Shown here piece by piece: positions 43,581 to 53,944 of a stretch of DNA of 64,000 nucleotides. The position numbers and the translations under genes are program-made. Source of the stretch: an uncultured delta proteobacterium (GTDB taxonomy: Bacteria > Myxococcota_A > Polyangia > Polyangiales > Polyangiaceae); assembly GCA_963850305.1 (NCBI GenBank), contig CAWKKR010000008.1:1504001-1568000 (forward strand). Reading direction: 5' to 3'. Below the pieces are notes generated by a model. That model was not told the origin of the DNA, ran no database searches, and saw nothing but the letters and a program-made list of their open reading frames with translations. Positions within the stretch are counted from its first letter, which is position 1, and every line of letters starts with the position of its first letter.

Positions 43581-44930
43581 TCACCTCCCGTATCCGGCGG
43601 CAACGATGTTTGCCTGAATGGCCTCGTCGGTTGCCGAAGACGCGTAGCCCGCGGTCATGACGCCTTCGTAGAAGTTGCCTCGGGCCGTGCTGCTGTTGTC
43701 GCCGCCAACCCCGAGGACGATGCCCCCCTGCCTATTCATGGGCGAATAGCCAACGGGATACGCGCCGTCCCACACCGTCGTGAGTGTGCCCGACTGTGCA
43801 TTGCCGCCCTTGAGCGTGAGCGGGCCACCGCTCGCCGCCGCCTTGGAGGAATTGCCCTTCAGCAGAGCCGTGACGAACGGGTACGCGAACGAGACGTCAT
43901 GGCTGTTGGTCTTGTTGCCGGTCTTGTTGGCGTCGGAGTAGGCGCCGACTCCGCCCATGTTGTACACGCCCACCTCGAGGTCTGCCATGATCCAGGGGCC
44001 GTTCCCTGCGCCCTTGTCCCACCAGTTATTGTTCCCGAAGTAGAGGGCTTCCATGGTGCCGTAGCCACCGGCGACCGGTTGCATCTCTGCGTTGCCGAAA
44101 TCGAAGCAACACGAGCCGTTGTAGTAGGTGCCGTCGGTCACCATGTACTCGGTCTCCGGATCGTCGCCCTTTGCGATCCCGTTGGTCTTGGTGTTCCGAT
44201 AGCCGACCTGACCCGTGGCCGTCCAGCTGGGAGACCCAACCACGTGGAGCCCGTAAACCGTGTGGCCGCCGAGCTGGATGGGGACAGCGTCCGCGATGGC
44301 TTCCACGTCGGGATTGGGCCCGTACACGGCGCTACCGCCCGGCGCTTTCGTGAGGTCATTCCCCATGCCGGACTGGTCGTAGACGACGGATATGGTGCAG
44401 GTCGTGCCAGAGCAGAACGTCTCCTGGACGCGCGCGTCGGCGACGCCTCCGGGCGAGGCGGGCGCAACATTCTTGGTCGAGCCGTCCGCCTTCCTGACCT
44501 GATAGAGATTGCCGCCGTACCCGCCGTACAGGGCTCTCACGGTGCTGAAGGCCGCGACGCAGGGCGTGTTGCCCGCCGCGTAGAGGTCGCACGGTCCGAT
44601 GCCGCCCGACGAGCCGCCCGTGCCCGTGCTTCCAGCCGTTCCGGCGCTTCCCCCCGAACCCACCTGACCGCCAGAACCCGTCGCGCCCGTGGAGACGGAG
44701 CCGCCCGCGCCCGTCGCGCCGCCCGTGGAGACGGAGCCGCCCGTGCCCGTTGCGCCTGCGGCACCGGCACCGCCAGAGCCGGAAGGCGCGCCTCCGCTGC
44801 CGCCGGTCGTGCCCCCGGCATCAGCCGAAGTCCCGCCCGCCCCCGAGGTGGTCTCGTCGGACGCGCTCGAGCACGATGCCGCCGCGGTAGCGAGGCTGAG
44901 TGCGACGATCGCCAGCGAAGTTCTAGTCAT
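43581..44930 (-). CDS. alpha-L-arabinofuranosidase B (GH54) catalytic-domain lipoprotein
   Basis: GPCDLYAAGNTPCVAA, YDQSG, CCFDFGNAE, WIMADLE, LGVGGDNS, FYEGVMT. Confidence 0.92.
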   Translation of the reverse strand: MTRTSLAIVALSLATAAASCSSASDETTSGAGGTSADAGGTTGGSGGAPSGSGGAGAAGATGTGGSVSTGGATGAGGSVSTGATGSGGQVGSGGSAGTAGSTGTGGSSGGIGPCDLYAAGNTPCVAAFSTVRALYGGYGGNLYQVRKADGSTKNVAPASPGGVADARVQETFCSGTTCTISVVYDQSGMGNDLTKAPGGSAVYGPNPDVEAIADAVPIQLGGHTVYGLHVVGSPSWTATGQVGYRNTKTNGIAKGDDPETEYMVTDGTYYNGSCCFDFGNAEMQPVAGGYGTMEALYFGNNNWWDKGAGNGPWIMADLEVGVYNMGGVGAYSDANKTGNKTNSHDVSFAYPFVTALLKGNSSKAAASGGPLTLKGGNAQSGTLTTVWDGAYPVGYSPMNRQGGIVLGVGGDNSSTARGNFYEGVMTAGYASSATDEAIQANIVAAGYGR

Positions 44931-46272
44931 CGGTGAGTCTCCTTTGCCGGCGCCTGCGAACGAGTGTCGCCGCACCCAGCGCCAGAGCCCCGATGGCGTC
45001 GGCGTGCCTTAGGGAGCTCGCGCCGCCGAGAGCGCAGCCACAGCCGCGCGATGCACTGCTCGCCGTGTCGCCGGTGGCAGCGGCGTCGCCGCCCACGCCC
45101 GAGTTGCCGCCGGAACCGATGGCAGCACTCGCGTCCTGCGAGGATTCGCGCGCGCGTCCGGTGGAGCCTGCCGCGCCGGTTCCATACGCGTCAGTGCCGC
45201 CACTACCGCTGATCAGTGCTCCCCCCGCGCCGCTCGTGACGCCGGCCCCGCTGCCGCCCGCTCCGCTACCACCCGTTCCGCTGCCACCGGCCCCGCTGCC
45301 GCCGGCATCGCCCGGGCACGCCGCTACCCCGGGATCGACCGGCCCTGTCTTGTCCAGGCCCAAGAACGGAATGACGTACGCTGCGTTCTCGCTCGCATCG
45401 GTGTTGTGCGGACCGCCGTTCTCCGACAACTCGTCGAGGACCGCGAACCCGCACGAATCCTTCCATGTCTCGCGCGTCCAGTCGTGGTCGTTGATCGATA
45501 GCGATGCGGTCGAAGTCGGAGTCGCGCTCAGCCCGAGGACGTTGGTCCATTCCTTGATGGCCTCAAGCTGGTTGTTGTAGTTGATGGTCGCGTCCGCGGT
45601 CCCGTGCCAGAGCTGGATGCGCGGGCGATACCCCGAATATCCAGGGGCCATGGCGCGGGCGAGATCTCCCCATTGCTGGGGGGTGTAGCTGACCTGGCCC
45701 AAGGCACAGGGCTGGCTCCATCCGCCGCCGGGATCGCTCACGGCCCAGCACCCCGCCGGAACGCCGGAGAACTCGGCCCCTGCTTTGAATACGTCGGGAT
45801 AAACGGCCAAAAGCGCCTCGGTCATCATTGCGCCCGAGGACTGCCCCGTCACGTAGACCCGATTCGCGTTGGCCCCGCGGTGGGAGATCTCGTACTTCAC
45901 CATCTCGACGATGGCTTGCGTGTCGCCGCCGCCGTCGTGGGTGAGGGACTTGCTCGAACCGACGTCCCAGCAGTTGTTGGACGTCTGCGGAAAGACCATG
46001 AGGAAGCCGTACGCATCGGCCGCGGCGACGAGGCCTCCTCCCGAGGCGACGCCGAACATTCCAGCCGCGTTTCCGCCGCAGTAATGAGCCACCACGAGGA
46101 CTGGCGGGGACGCTGCCGGCTTTGGCGGAACGTACTCGTACATCGAGACGTAGCTGGGAACGTTCGCGGTCGTGTACCCGAGAACCGGTCCGGACGGCGC
46201 CGCGTTCACCGCCGGAGCGGTGAACGCCACGGCTGCCACAGTCGCAGTCACCGCGAGCCACGGCGCTCTCAA
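44923..46272 (-). CDS. PHB-depolymerase-family esterase (likely acetylxylan/feruloyl esterase) with MYXO-CTERM-like tail
   Basis: Signal peptide, HYCGG, GQSSG, WHGTAD, tail GCGC...hydrophobic...RRRR; TTG start overlaps the upstream stop (TTGA). Confidence 0.85.
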   Translation of the reverse strand: MRAPWLAVTATVAAVAFTAPAVNAAPSGPVLGYTTANVPSYVSMYEYVPPKPAASPPVLVVAHYCGGNAAGMFGVASGGGLVAAADAYGFLMVFPQTSNNCWDVGSSKSLTHDGGGDTQAIVEMVKYEISHRGANANRVYVTGQSSGAMMTEALLAVYPDVFKAGAEFSGVPAGCWAVSDPGGGWSQPCALGQVSYTPQQWGDLARAMAPGYSGYRPRIQLWHGTADATINYNNQLEAIKEWTNVLGLSATPTSTASLSINDHDWTRETWKDSCGFAVLDELSENGGPHNTDASENAAYVIPFLGLDKTGPVDPGVAACPGDAGGSGAGGSGTGGSGAGGSGAGVTSGAGGALISGSGGTDAYGTGAAGSTGRARESSQDASAAIGSGGNSGVGGDAAATGDTASSASRGCGCALGGASSLRHADAIGALALGAATLVRRRRQRRLTDD

Positions 46273-47843
46273 GGCTTGCCCACGAAGCTCGTGACGCTCT
46301 TCGCTCCGAGCGTTGCCGAAAAGCGCGCGCCGGTAACCATGATCGGGCTCTTCGCGGCGAGGCTGTCGGTATCCGAAGTCACCCAGGGTGTGACGGTGCA
46401 AGGCGCAGCACCGGAGATGAACAGCGACACCGGCGTGTCGCTCGCGTTCGTGTTGATGGCCACCACGACGATGGTTCCGTCTGCCTGGTTCGTGTACGCC
46501 GACAGCGACACGCCCGACGGAGTGGTTCCCGACGTCGAGACCCGCATGTAGCCCGGGCGCACAAACCGGGAGAAATTCCCCATGACCCAGAAACGCTTGG
46601 TCCACACGTTCGTGTTGGTGTCGTAGAGCCCGCTGCTTCCGCCGGCCCATAACCACCAATAGTGCCAGGCATTCAGGTTGGCCTTGGTCAGATCGTCATT
46701 GATGGTGGTCGCCAGGTGAAGCGCGCTCGGCATGTTGTCGGCAGTCGGGTCGTCGCTCGTGGACCCCGTGTCGACCTCTGTCTCCCAGTACTCCTTGCCC
46801 GCGGCCGTGATCGTAGGTTCGGGACCGCTTGGGCCCTTTCCATATTCGTGGCTTGCAAGGATGCTGATGTAGCCCCAGGCAGCACTGTTGTCTTGGATGG
46901 CTTGGAAGTAGCTCGGAAAACCCCACCAGTTCTCCGTCTCGGGCCCCATGACCTTAGCGTCGGTGCCGGCAAGAGCTGGACCGAGATAGGTTCCGATGAA
47001 TGATGCCAATTCGGTGGCGGTGTACGATGTGGTGCCGTTCATGCCACCGCTGTCTGGCTCATTTTCGGCAGAAACGGCGTAGATCGGCACTCCCGCGGTC
47101 TTCATCGTCGCCACGAAGGTCGCGAGCCTGCTGGCCCAGTCTTGACCGTTCGTGAGCTTGGGAGGGTTCGCGCACTGGCTGTTTCCAGGACAGTTCGGGC
47201 CGGAGGTGTCCGCGGGATTCACCTCCCACGGCGTGGCCCACACCTTGACGCCATACGTGACTGCCTTCTGGGCGATCTGGGTCTCCGAGGTCGTGCCTCC
47301 GCCGATGCGAATGCGATGCAGCGTGAGCCCGGCCCCCGTGGTGGTCGACCAGAGCATGTCGGGATCCTTCGCGGGATCTCGGAAGGTGCTTCCCCACGCG
47401 GTGGAGACGCCGAAGCCGGAGATCTTCTGCTGGAGGCTGGACAGGGTCAGCGTCACGTCACCCGCCTGGGCCGTGCCGGTGCTGCACGTCGGGTTGACGC
47501 CCGCGCCGCCGCTGCCCGCATCCACAAGTGGAGTACCGCCCGTCGAGACGCCACCGCTGCCGATCATTCCGACGGCGCCCCCGGAAGCCGTCACCAGCGC
47601 GCCCCCCGACGCGGACGCGGTCGCACCACCGGAGCCTCCGAACGTCGCGGCGCCACCGCTGGCGCTCGATGAGCCGCCTGCCCCGCCTGCGCCCTCCGTC
47701 GGTGGCGGCGAGCTTCCACCACCTGCGCCGCAACCGAGCATGGCGAAGCAGCAGAGCAGGCTCGCAAGCGAGCGCGCCCGTGTGAGCGTCGCCGACCAAC
47801 GATGCGGCTCAGGCGACGGCCCGAGACAGCAAGCTTGGAGCAT
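46269..47843 (-). CDS. GH30 endo-xylanase-like lipoprotein (start uncertain)
   Basis: QKISGFG, ATPW, ENEPD (acid/base), WETE (nucleophile), AWHYWW, GNFSRFVRPGY. Confidence 0.88.
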   Translation of the reverse strand: MLQACCLGPSPEPHRWSATLTRARSLASLLCCFAMLGCGAGGGSSPPPTEGAGGAGGSSSASGGAATFGGSGGATASASGGALVTASGGAVGMIGSGGVSTGGTPLVDAGSGGAGVNPTCSTGTAQAGDVTLTLSSLQQKISGFGVSTAWGSTFRDPAKDPDMLWSTTTGAGLTLHRIRIGGGTTSETQIAQKAVTYGVKVWATPWEVNPADTSGPNCPGNSQCANPPKLTNGQDWASRLATFVATMKTAGVPIYAVSAENEPDSGGMNGTTSYTATELASFIGTYLGPALAGTDAKVMGPETENWWGFPSYFQAIQDNSAAWGYISILASHEYGKGPSGPEPTITAAGKEYWETEVDTGSTSDDPTADNMPSALHLATTINDDLTKANLNAWHYWWLWAGGSSGLYDTNTNVWTKRFWVMGNFSRFVRPGYMRVSTSGTTPSGVSLSAYTNQADGTIVVVAINTNASDTPVSLFISGAAPCTVTPWVTSDTDSLAAKSPIMVTGARFSATLGAKSVTSFVGKP

Positions 47844-48012
47844 TCGGGTGACACGAGACGGATGCGGTCGACACGGGGCCATACTTGCTGCAGTGGCAGC
47901 GCGAACGCAGTTCCGTCGGAGGAACTGCGGGCGACGGCCGACGCGACGAAGAACCGCACGAGGCCGACGCCGCGTGCGTCGACGGGCCGCCGGCGGGGCG
48001 CCGGGACCTCGC

Positions 48013-48762
48013 TCACGCGGACGCCGGCGATTCGATGGGAGGCAAGGGCCGGGCGGCGAGCTTCTGCGCTTCGGCTCGGTTCAGGCCGAGCGCCTCGAGG
48101 ATGGCCGCCGCCGCACGGTTCGGCAGGTCCTTCGTTTCGAGACCGAGTTGCTTCGCCCGCGCGCCCTGACCGGGCATCGCGCTCTCCGCGGCGACGGTCG
48201 AAAGGACGCAACCCCCGGCGAGCAGCACCGCCATCATGACATCAGGGGTGTCGAACCGCTTCGCGGCGACGCCTCGCTGCACGTCGCGAAGGAGCCGCGC
48301 ACCGAGACCGCGCGTCATCGCCGATGGCTTGAAGCCCTCGCGCAAGAAGAAGCGACCCCAGGGCGGCTCGGCGTGCGCGCGCAGGATCGTGTGGCGGACG
48401 CAGATCGCCACGACTTCGGCTGGATCCTCGACATCGCTCGTCAACCGCGTGAGCGTGTCGCCGAACGCGCCGAACACCGAGTCGACGACCGCTTCGTAGA
48501 TGGCTTCCTTCGACGCGAAGTGGTTGTAGAAGGAGCCGAACCCGACGTCGGACGCCTCCGTGATCTCGTTGATGGCCACGGCGTCGACGCCGCGCTCGCC
48601 GAAGAGACGGAACGCGGCGTCGAGCAGCCTCTCGCGCGTCTCGCGCTTGCGCCTCGCGCCTCGCGGCTCGCGCTCTGCACTCGGGGTCGTCGTCGAGGGC
48701 GGACGCAATCCCGCGCGACGCCGTGCCGCCGTTCCCGCCGTGACTGCCTTCTTGCGTGCCAT
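48013..48762 (-). CDS. TetR-family regulator
   Basis: TRERLLDAA...INEITEASDVGFGSFYNHFASKE. Confidence 0.93.
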   Translation of the reverse strand: MARKKAVTAGTAARRRAGLRPPSTTTPSAEREPRGARRKRETRERLLDAAFRLFGERGVDAVAINEITEASDVGFGSFYNHFASKEAIYEAVVDSVFGAFGDTLTRLTSDVEDPAEVVAICVRHTILRAHAEPPWGRFFLREGFKPSAMTRGLGARLLRDVQRGVAAKRFDTPDVMMAVLLAGGCVLSTVAAESAMPGQGARAKQLGLETKDLPNRAAAAILEALGLNRAEAQKLAARPLPPIESPASA

Positions 48763-48805
48763 CAATTCCTTCAATGTAGCGCGATTTCTGATTCGCTTGC
48801 CATAC

Positions 48806-48834
48806 TTGACATTCTTATCAGTTATGAGTACTGT
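48806..48834 (+). promoter_or_regulatory. sigma70-type promoter of the catabolic operon, with a probable TetR operator in the spacer
   Basis: TTGACA-17 bp-TACTGT in an AT-rich divergent intergenic region; imperfect palindrome TCTTAT-CAGTT-ATGAGT in the spacer. Confidence 0.7.
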
Positions 48835-48871
48835 ATCGAGCACTCGCCCCACAGCACTGAAGTACGCGAGG

Positions 48872-49969
48872 ATGAAGACGAACCCGATCGATCGATCCGA
48901 CGTGGAACGGGGGCGTGCCGTTGAACCGCTCGTCCGCGCTTCCGCGCTGCACCACCTCGTTCTCGAGACCCCGGACCTCGACGCGGCGGGGGGCTTCTGG
49001 GGCGACTTCGGGCTCTCGCCGTCGGCGAAAACCAGCGAGGCGCTCTACCTGCGGTCAGCGAGCAGCGCGCATCATGTGCTGAAGCTAGTCCGCGGCTCTC
49101 GCGGTCGGCTCGCGTCCCTCGCCTTCCGCGTGGAATCGGACCTGGACCTGCGCAAGCTCGCGTCTCTCCCGGATGCGTCGCCCATCCAGCCGATCGACGA
49201 GCCCGGCGGAGGACGCCGAGTCTCCCTCTCGGCCCCGGGAGGGCTGAAGATCGACGCGGTTCTCGGGATCGCGGAGCTCGGGCCGCTCGAGACGCGATCC
49301 TCTCTGCCGTCGAACGTCACCGGCGAGGTCGCGCGCCCCGGTGCACCCGTGCGCCTGGCTCCCGCGCCGAGCGAGGTTCTGCGATTGGGCCATGCCGCGA
49401 TCGAAACGGCGCAGCCCGCGGCGCTGATCCTCTGGCTCATGCGCACCCTCGGCATGATCGTCTCCGACTACCAGCACCTCGACGCGGATCCTTCGTCCAC
49501 ACCGATCGTCTCGTTCATGCGCTGCGATCGCGGCTCAACCCTCACCGATCACCATACCCTCGCCGTCGCCATCGGTCCACAGACGGGTCTCGCGCACGTC
49601 GCATTCGAGGTGCGCGACCTCGACGAGATCGGTCGCGGGGCAGCGTTCCTGCGAGCACGCGGATATCGACACGCCTGGGGCATCGGCCGCCACATCCTGG
49701 GCAGCCAACTGTTCGACTACTGGCGCGCGCCCGACGGAATCGTCGCGGAGCACTACTCGGACGGTGACGTCTTCGATGCCTCCGCGCCGACCGGTCGTCT
49801 GCCCTTCCGCGGCTCGACCCTCGCGCAGTGGGGAGAGAGACCCCCGCGCGACTTCGCGCTGCCGCCGCTCTCGCCGGCCGCCATCGCCGGCGCGGTGCGC
49901 GGGATCGCGACGAGCGACGAGATCTCCGTCGCGCTGCTCGCCAGGGCGGTCGGCGCGCTGTCGCGGTGA
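48872..49969 (+). CDS. VOC-family (extradiol dioxygenase-like) protein
   Basis: Two VOC domains; LGHAAI, DHHTLA, HVAFEV, WGIGRHILGSQLFDYW, EHYSDGD. Confidence 0.87.
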   Translation: MKTNPIDRSDVERGRAVEPLVRASALHHLVLETPDLDAAGGFWGDFGLSPSAKTSEALYLRSASSAHHVLKLVRGSRGRLASLAFRVESDLDLRKLASLPDASPIQPIDEPGGGRRVSLSAPGGLKIDAVLGIAELGPLETRSSLPSNVTGEVARPGAPVRLAPAPSEVLRLGHAAIETAQPAALILWLMRTLGMIVSDYQHLDADPSSTPIVSFMRCDRGSTLTDHHTLAVAIGPQTGLAHVAFEVRDLDEIGRGAAFLRARGYRHAWGIGRHILGSQLFDYWRAPDGIVAEHYSDGDVFDASAPTGRLPFRGSTLAQWGERPPRDFALPPLSPAAIAGAVRGIATSDEISVALLARAVGALSR

Positions 49970-49984
49970 GCAGGGAGTCGAGAA

Positions 49985-50941
49985 ATGGGAACACAAGTCA
50001 TCCGGTTTCGTAGCGCAGCGCCCACCGGGCACACCTGGGCCATCGTCGAAGGGGCTCACGCGCGCCCGATCGACGGCTCGTTCGCGACGACCCGGGAGCT
50101 GATCGAGAACGGACTGGCGGCGCTCGCGAACGAGACGCTCTCGCTCGGCGCATCGCTACCCTTGGGCGACCTCGAGCTGCTCTCGCCCGTCACCCACCCC
50201 TGCCGTGTGATCGCGCAGGCGACGAACTACGGCGATCACCGCCGTGAGGTCGGGCTCGATCCCGGTGCGCGCTCGTCCAACGTCCTGTTTCGCAAGTCGT
50301 CCGCCGCGATCTCGGGTCCGAAGGACGCCATCGTGCGCCCCTCGCACGTTCGCCTGCTCGACTACGAGATCGAGCTCGGGTTCGTCATCGGGACGCGCAC
50401 GAGCGGCCCGACGCACGTCGACGCAGAACACCTCAGCGACTTCATCATCGGACTCGTGATCGCCAACGACGTGTCGGCGCGCGACGTCCAGGTACCGGAA
50501 GGCCAGTTCTACAAGGGCAAGAGCTACCGGACCTTCTGCCCGCTCGGCCCTTACCTCTTCGTGCCCGCGCCGGGGGAGCTCGCACGGTGGCCGGAGCTCG
50601 AGCTCACGCTCCGCGTGAACGGCGAGGTCCGCCAGAAGGCGCGAGCCGGGGAGATGATCCACCGCCCCGCCGAGACGCTGACGGAGGTCCTGTCGATCGA
50701 GGATCTGGATCCGGGCGACGTGATCCTCACCGGGACGCCGGGCGGCGTCGCGCTCGCCCCCCCGAAGCGACCAATCCGCGCCCTCGGCGAGCTCCTTCCG
50801 GAGGCGGCGAAGTGGCGGATGTTCGTCGAGGGGCAAGCCAGGAGCCCGCGGTACCTGAAGCCAGGCGATCGGATCGAGTCGACGATCCGCACCCCGGACG
50901 GGCGCGTCGATCTCGGCAAGCAGGAGAACCTCGTTCGGTGA
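49985..50941 (+). CDS. fumarylacetoacetate hydrolase family protein
   Basis: LDYEIELG, NDVSARD, KGKSYRTFCPLGP, GDVILTGTPGG. Confidence 0.93.
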   Translation: MGTQVIRFRSAAPTGHTWAIVEGAHARPIDGSFATTRELIENGLAALANETLSLGASLPLGDLELLSPVTHPCRVIAQATNYGDHRREVGLDPGARSSNVLFRKSSAAISGPKDAIVRPSHVRLLDYEIELGFVIGTRTSGPTHVDAEHLSDFIIGLVIANDVSARDVQVPEGQFYKGKSYRTFCPLGPYLFVPAPGELARWPELELTLRVNGEVRQKARAGEMIHRPAETLTEVLSIEDLDPGDVILTGTPGGVALAPPKRPIRALGELLPEAAKWRMFVEGQARSPRYLKPGDRIESTIRTPDGRVDLGKQENLVR

Positions 50942-52522
50942 GGACGCCTCTGTCGCAAGGCGATGTCGTGATTATCGGGGCGGGGCCGACCGGCATGGCG
51001 GCCGCCGCGCTGCTCGCGCGCCACGGCGTGCGCTCCATCCTGTTCGAGCGCGAGACCGACATCCTGAAGATCCCGCGTGCCGTGCACCTCGACGAGGAGG
51101 TGCTGCGGGTGTTGCACCAGTGTTGCCTCGGTGAGGAGGTCGAAAAGGAGATCCGCCCGATTCGAGGGATGCAGCTCGTGGATCGCGGCCGGCGGACGCT
51201 CGTCTCGTTCGCACGCGACGGGAAGGGCTCTCACGGCTTCGCCCGGTCCAACGCGTTCGACCAGCCCGAGTTGGAGGCCGCCATGCGACGCGCGCTCGGG
51301 CGCGAGCCCCTCGTGACGCTGCGGGCCGCCACGACCGTCGAGGCCGTCGAGCACCTCCCCAGCAAGCGTCTTCGCGTCACGGTCCACGACCGGCAGCGCG
51401 ACGCGCTGGAGGAGCTCGAGACCCCGGCGGTGCTCGCCTGCGACGGCGCGCGAAGCCGCACGCGCACGTTCGTCGGCACGGACTTCGAGGACCTCGGCTT
51501 CACGGGGCGCTGGCTGGTCGTCGACGTCACGACCGACGCGAAGCTCGATCTCTACGACGGCTGCCTTCAGGTCGCCGACCCCGAGCGGCCGACGACGTAC
51601 TTCTGCACCGGCGGCGGCCGGCATCGCTGGGAGATCATGCTGCGCGACGAGGAAACGGCCGAGGAGATGACACGCGAGGAGCACGTGCGAGCGCTCCTCG
51701 CCCCCTGGCTCGGCAGCGCGACCCAGAACGCGACGCTGCGCCGCCGCGCGGTCTACACCTTCTACTCGCTCGTCGCGCGGCGCTTCCGGCGCGGGAACGT
51801 CTTCCTCCTCGGCGACGCCGCGCACCAGACGCCCCCGTTCATCGGCCAGGGGATGGGCGCCGGTATCCGCGACGCAGCGAACCTCGCGTGGAAGCTCGCC
51901 GCCGTACTGCAGGGGCGCGCACGGCCCGCGCTGCTCGACACCTACGAACTCGAGCGCCGCCCCCATGCGCGCTCGGTCATCATGCAGGCAGTCCTCCTCG
52001 GCCGCACGATGCGTACGAGGATCGGCGGCGGGCTTCGTGACCGGATCATACGGAGGCTCGGCTCGATACGCCCTCTGCACGACACCTTCCTGCGACGGGC
52101 GTTCCCCGATCTCAAGCGTGGCCCGATGGTTCGCCCTCGCGGGTCGCGACGTGCAGGCTGCTACGTGCCGCGCGCCACCGTCGACTTGGACGGCGGGACC
52201 ATACACATGGACGATGCGCTCGGCGACGACTTCGCGGTGGTGTCAATCGAGCCAGCCGCGAACGGTGCCCCGTCCTCCATTCGAAATCCGCCAGCTCGGC
52301 AAGGTCGAGGTGACTCATACCGTCGCGGACCGAGACGGGACGATGCGCGCCTGGTTCGCCGAGCTCGGAGCGCAAGCCGCGCTGGTGCGCCCGGACCGCA
52401 TCGTGATGGCGTCGGGCAGGGCGGCGGCGGCCCCCGGGTGGATCGAGTCGCTCATCCGGGCGTGTGGGTGGACAGCGCGCCCCTCATGCAAAGACGAGTG
52501 TTTGACCCGGAGGATGCCATGA
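50938..52522 (+). CDS. MhpA-like FAD-dependent aromatic hydroxylase; frameshift near 52280
   Basis: GAGPTG, PRAVHLD, CDGARS, GDAAHQTPPFIGQGM, ANLAWKL. The family tail (LVRPDRIV) is in another frame that ends at an ATGA overlap with the SDR gene. Confidence 0.85.
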
Positions 52523-53361
52523 GCGAGCGAGTAAGAGTGCGAGCGGGTGACCACTTTCGAGGCAAGGTCGCAATCGTGACCGGCGCGTCGAGCGGCATCG
52601 GCGCGGCCGTGGCACGCGCGCTCGCGAGCCGCGGCGTGCGCGTCGCGCTGGTGGCGAGGACGGCAGCGACGCTCGAAGCGCTGGCGGCCGAGCTCGGCAC
52701 CGATCGCGTCTCGAGCTTTCCGTTGGACGTCTCCGACCGTGCCCAGATCGGCACGCTTCCCGGCCGCGTCGTCGAGCGGTTCGGTCGCCTGGATCTCGTT
52801 GTCAATAACGCAGGGGTGAACCACCGCGGTCCCGTCGACGAACGCAGCGCGAGCGAGCTAGCGGCCATCGTCGACACCAACCTCCTCGCGCCGATCCTCC
52901 TCACTCGCGCCGCCCTCGCTTACCTGCGCGACGGCGGCGCCATCGTGAACGTCGCGAGCCTCGCCGGAAAGGTCCCGGTCCCCGACGAGGCGACCTACAG
53001 CGCTACGAAGGCGGGCCTGCGAGCCTTCACACGCGCCCTCGGCGGCGAGCTCCGAGAGCGGGGGATCCACGTCGCTTCCGTCTGCCCGGGGCCGGTCGAC
53101 ACCGGCTTCTTCGGCGACGTCGCGACGGTGCCCGACCTGGTGTTCTCTCAGCCGATGAGCTCGGCGGAACAGGTGGCCGCTGCGGTCCTCGCCGCGGCCG
53201 AAGCGCGTGTGCCGGAGATCGACGTGCCTGCGCTCTCGGGCAAGCTCGCGACGCTTGGCTACCTGGCCCCATCGATCTTCACGCGCCTGCGCCCCTTTCT
53301 GGAGACCGTGGGCGCGCGCAACAAACGCCGTTTCGCGGCGCGGAAGGCTTCGACGACTTAG
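52519..53361 (+). CDS. short-chain dehydrogenase/reductase
   Basis: GGAGG RBS, TGASSGIG, NNAG, YSATK. Confidence 0.92.
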   Translation: MSERVRVRAGDHFRGKVAIVTGASSGIGAAVARALASRGVRVALVARTAATLEALAAELGTDRVSSFPLDVSDRAQIGTLPGRVVERFGRLDLVVNNAGVNHRGPVDERSASELAAIVDTNLLAPILLTRAALAYLRDGGAIVNVASLAGKVPVPDEATYSATKAGLRAFTRALGGELRERGIHVASVCPGPVDTGFFGDVATVPDLVFSQPMSSAEQVAAAVLAAAEARVPEIDVPALSGKLATLGYLAPSIFTRLRPFLETVGARNKRRFAARKASTT

Positions 53362-53384
53362 CTGACGTCACAGGCAGAGAGCGC

Positions 53385-53744
53385 ATGAACGTTGCACTAT
53401 GGACGATGCAGGCCGGTCTCGCCCTCCTGTTCCTCGCGGCGGGCGTACCGAAGCTGCTGCAGCCACGCGAACGGCTAGAGGCACGCATGCGATGGACCCG
53501 CCATGCGACCAGCGGACAGGTGAAGCTGCTCGGTCTCGCCGAAGTGCTGGGCGCGGCGGGGTTGGTATTGCCGCGCGCGCTCGGAATTGCCGCGTATCTG
53601 ACCCCGCTCGCCGCCGCGTGCCTGTTCGTTCTCATGCTCGGCGCCGTCGTGACCAAGCTGCGCTCCGGTGAGTCGCCCGCCCTTCCGCTCGGTGCGGCGA
53701 TTGGCTGTGCGCTCGTTGCACTCGGGCGACTCACGGCTGTATGA
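53385..53744 (+). CDS. DoxX-family membrane protein
   Basis: LWTMQAGLALLFLAAGVPKL...GLAEVLGAAGLVLP. Confidence 0.85.
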   Translation: MNVALWTMQAGLALLFLAAGVPKLLQPRERLEARMRWTRHATSGQVKLLGLAEVLGAAGLVLPRALGIAAYLTPLAAACLFVLMLGAVVTKLRSGESPALPLGAAIGCALVALGRLTAV

Positions 53745-53944
53745 ACGGGTCGGGTCTTCCGCGCTCGGCTGAAAGCTCGCCGCGGGCGGGGGGGCGTTAC
53801 TCCCAGCCCTGCGGGGATCAATGACGCGCAGATTCCGCGCTCTCACGACCAACGAACCCCGGTTCCGTGGAATAAGCGAGCCTCCGATGAGAGCGCGAAT
53901 GCGGGGAGCGCCCCGCTGCTCGGCACGGTGAATGGCGTTGACCG

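Noticed and set aside
50587..53361. 924-aa hydroxylase-SDR fusion in the ORF track
   Set aside because: Frameshift artefact. The hydroxylase's conserved LVRPD tail lies in another frame ending at 52522, and the SDR has its own GGAGG RBS and ATG at 52519.
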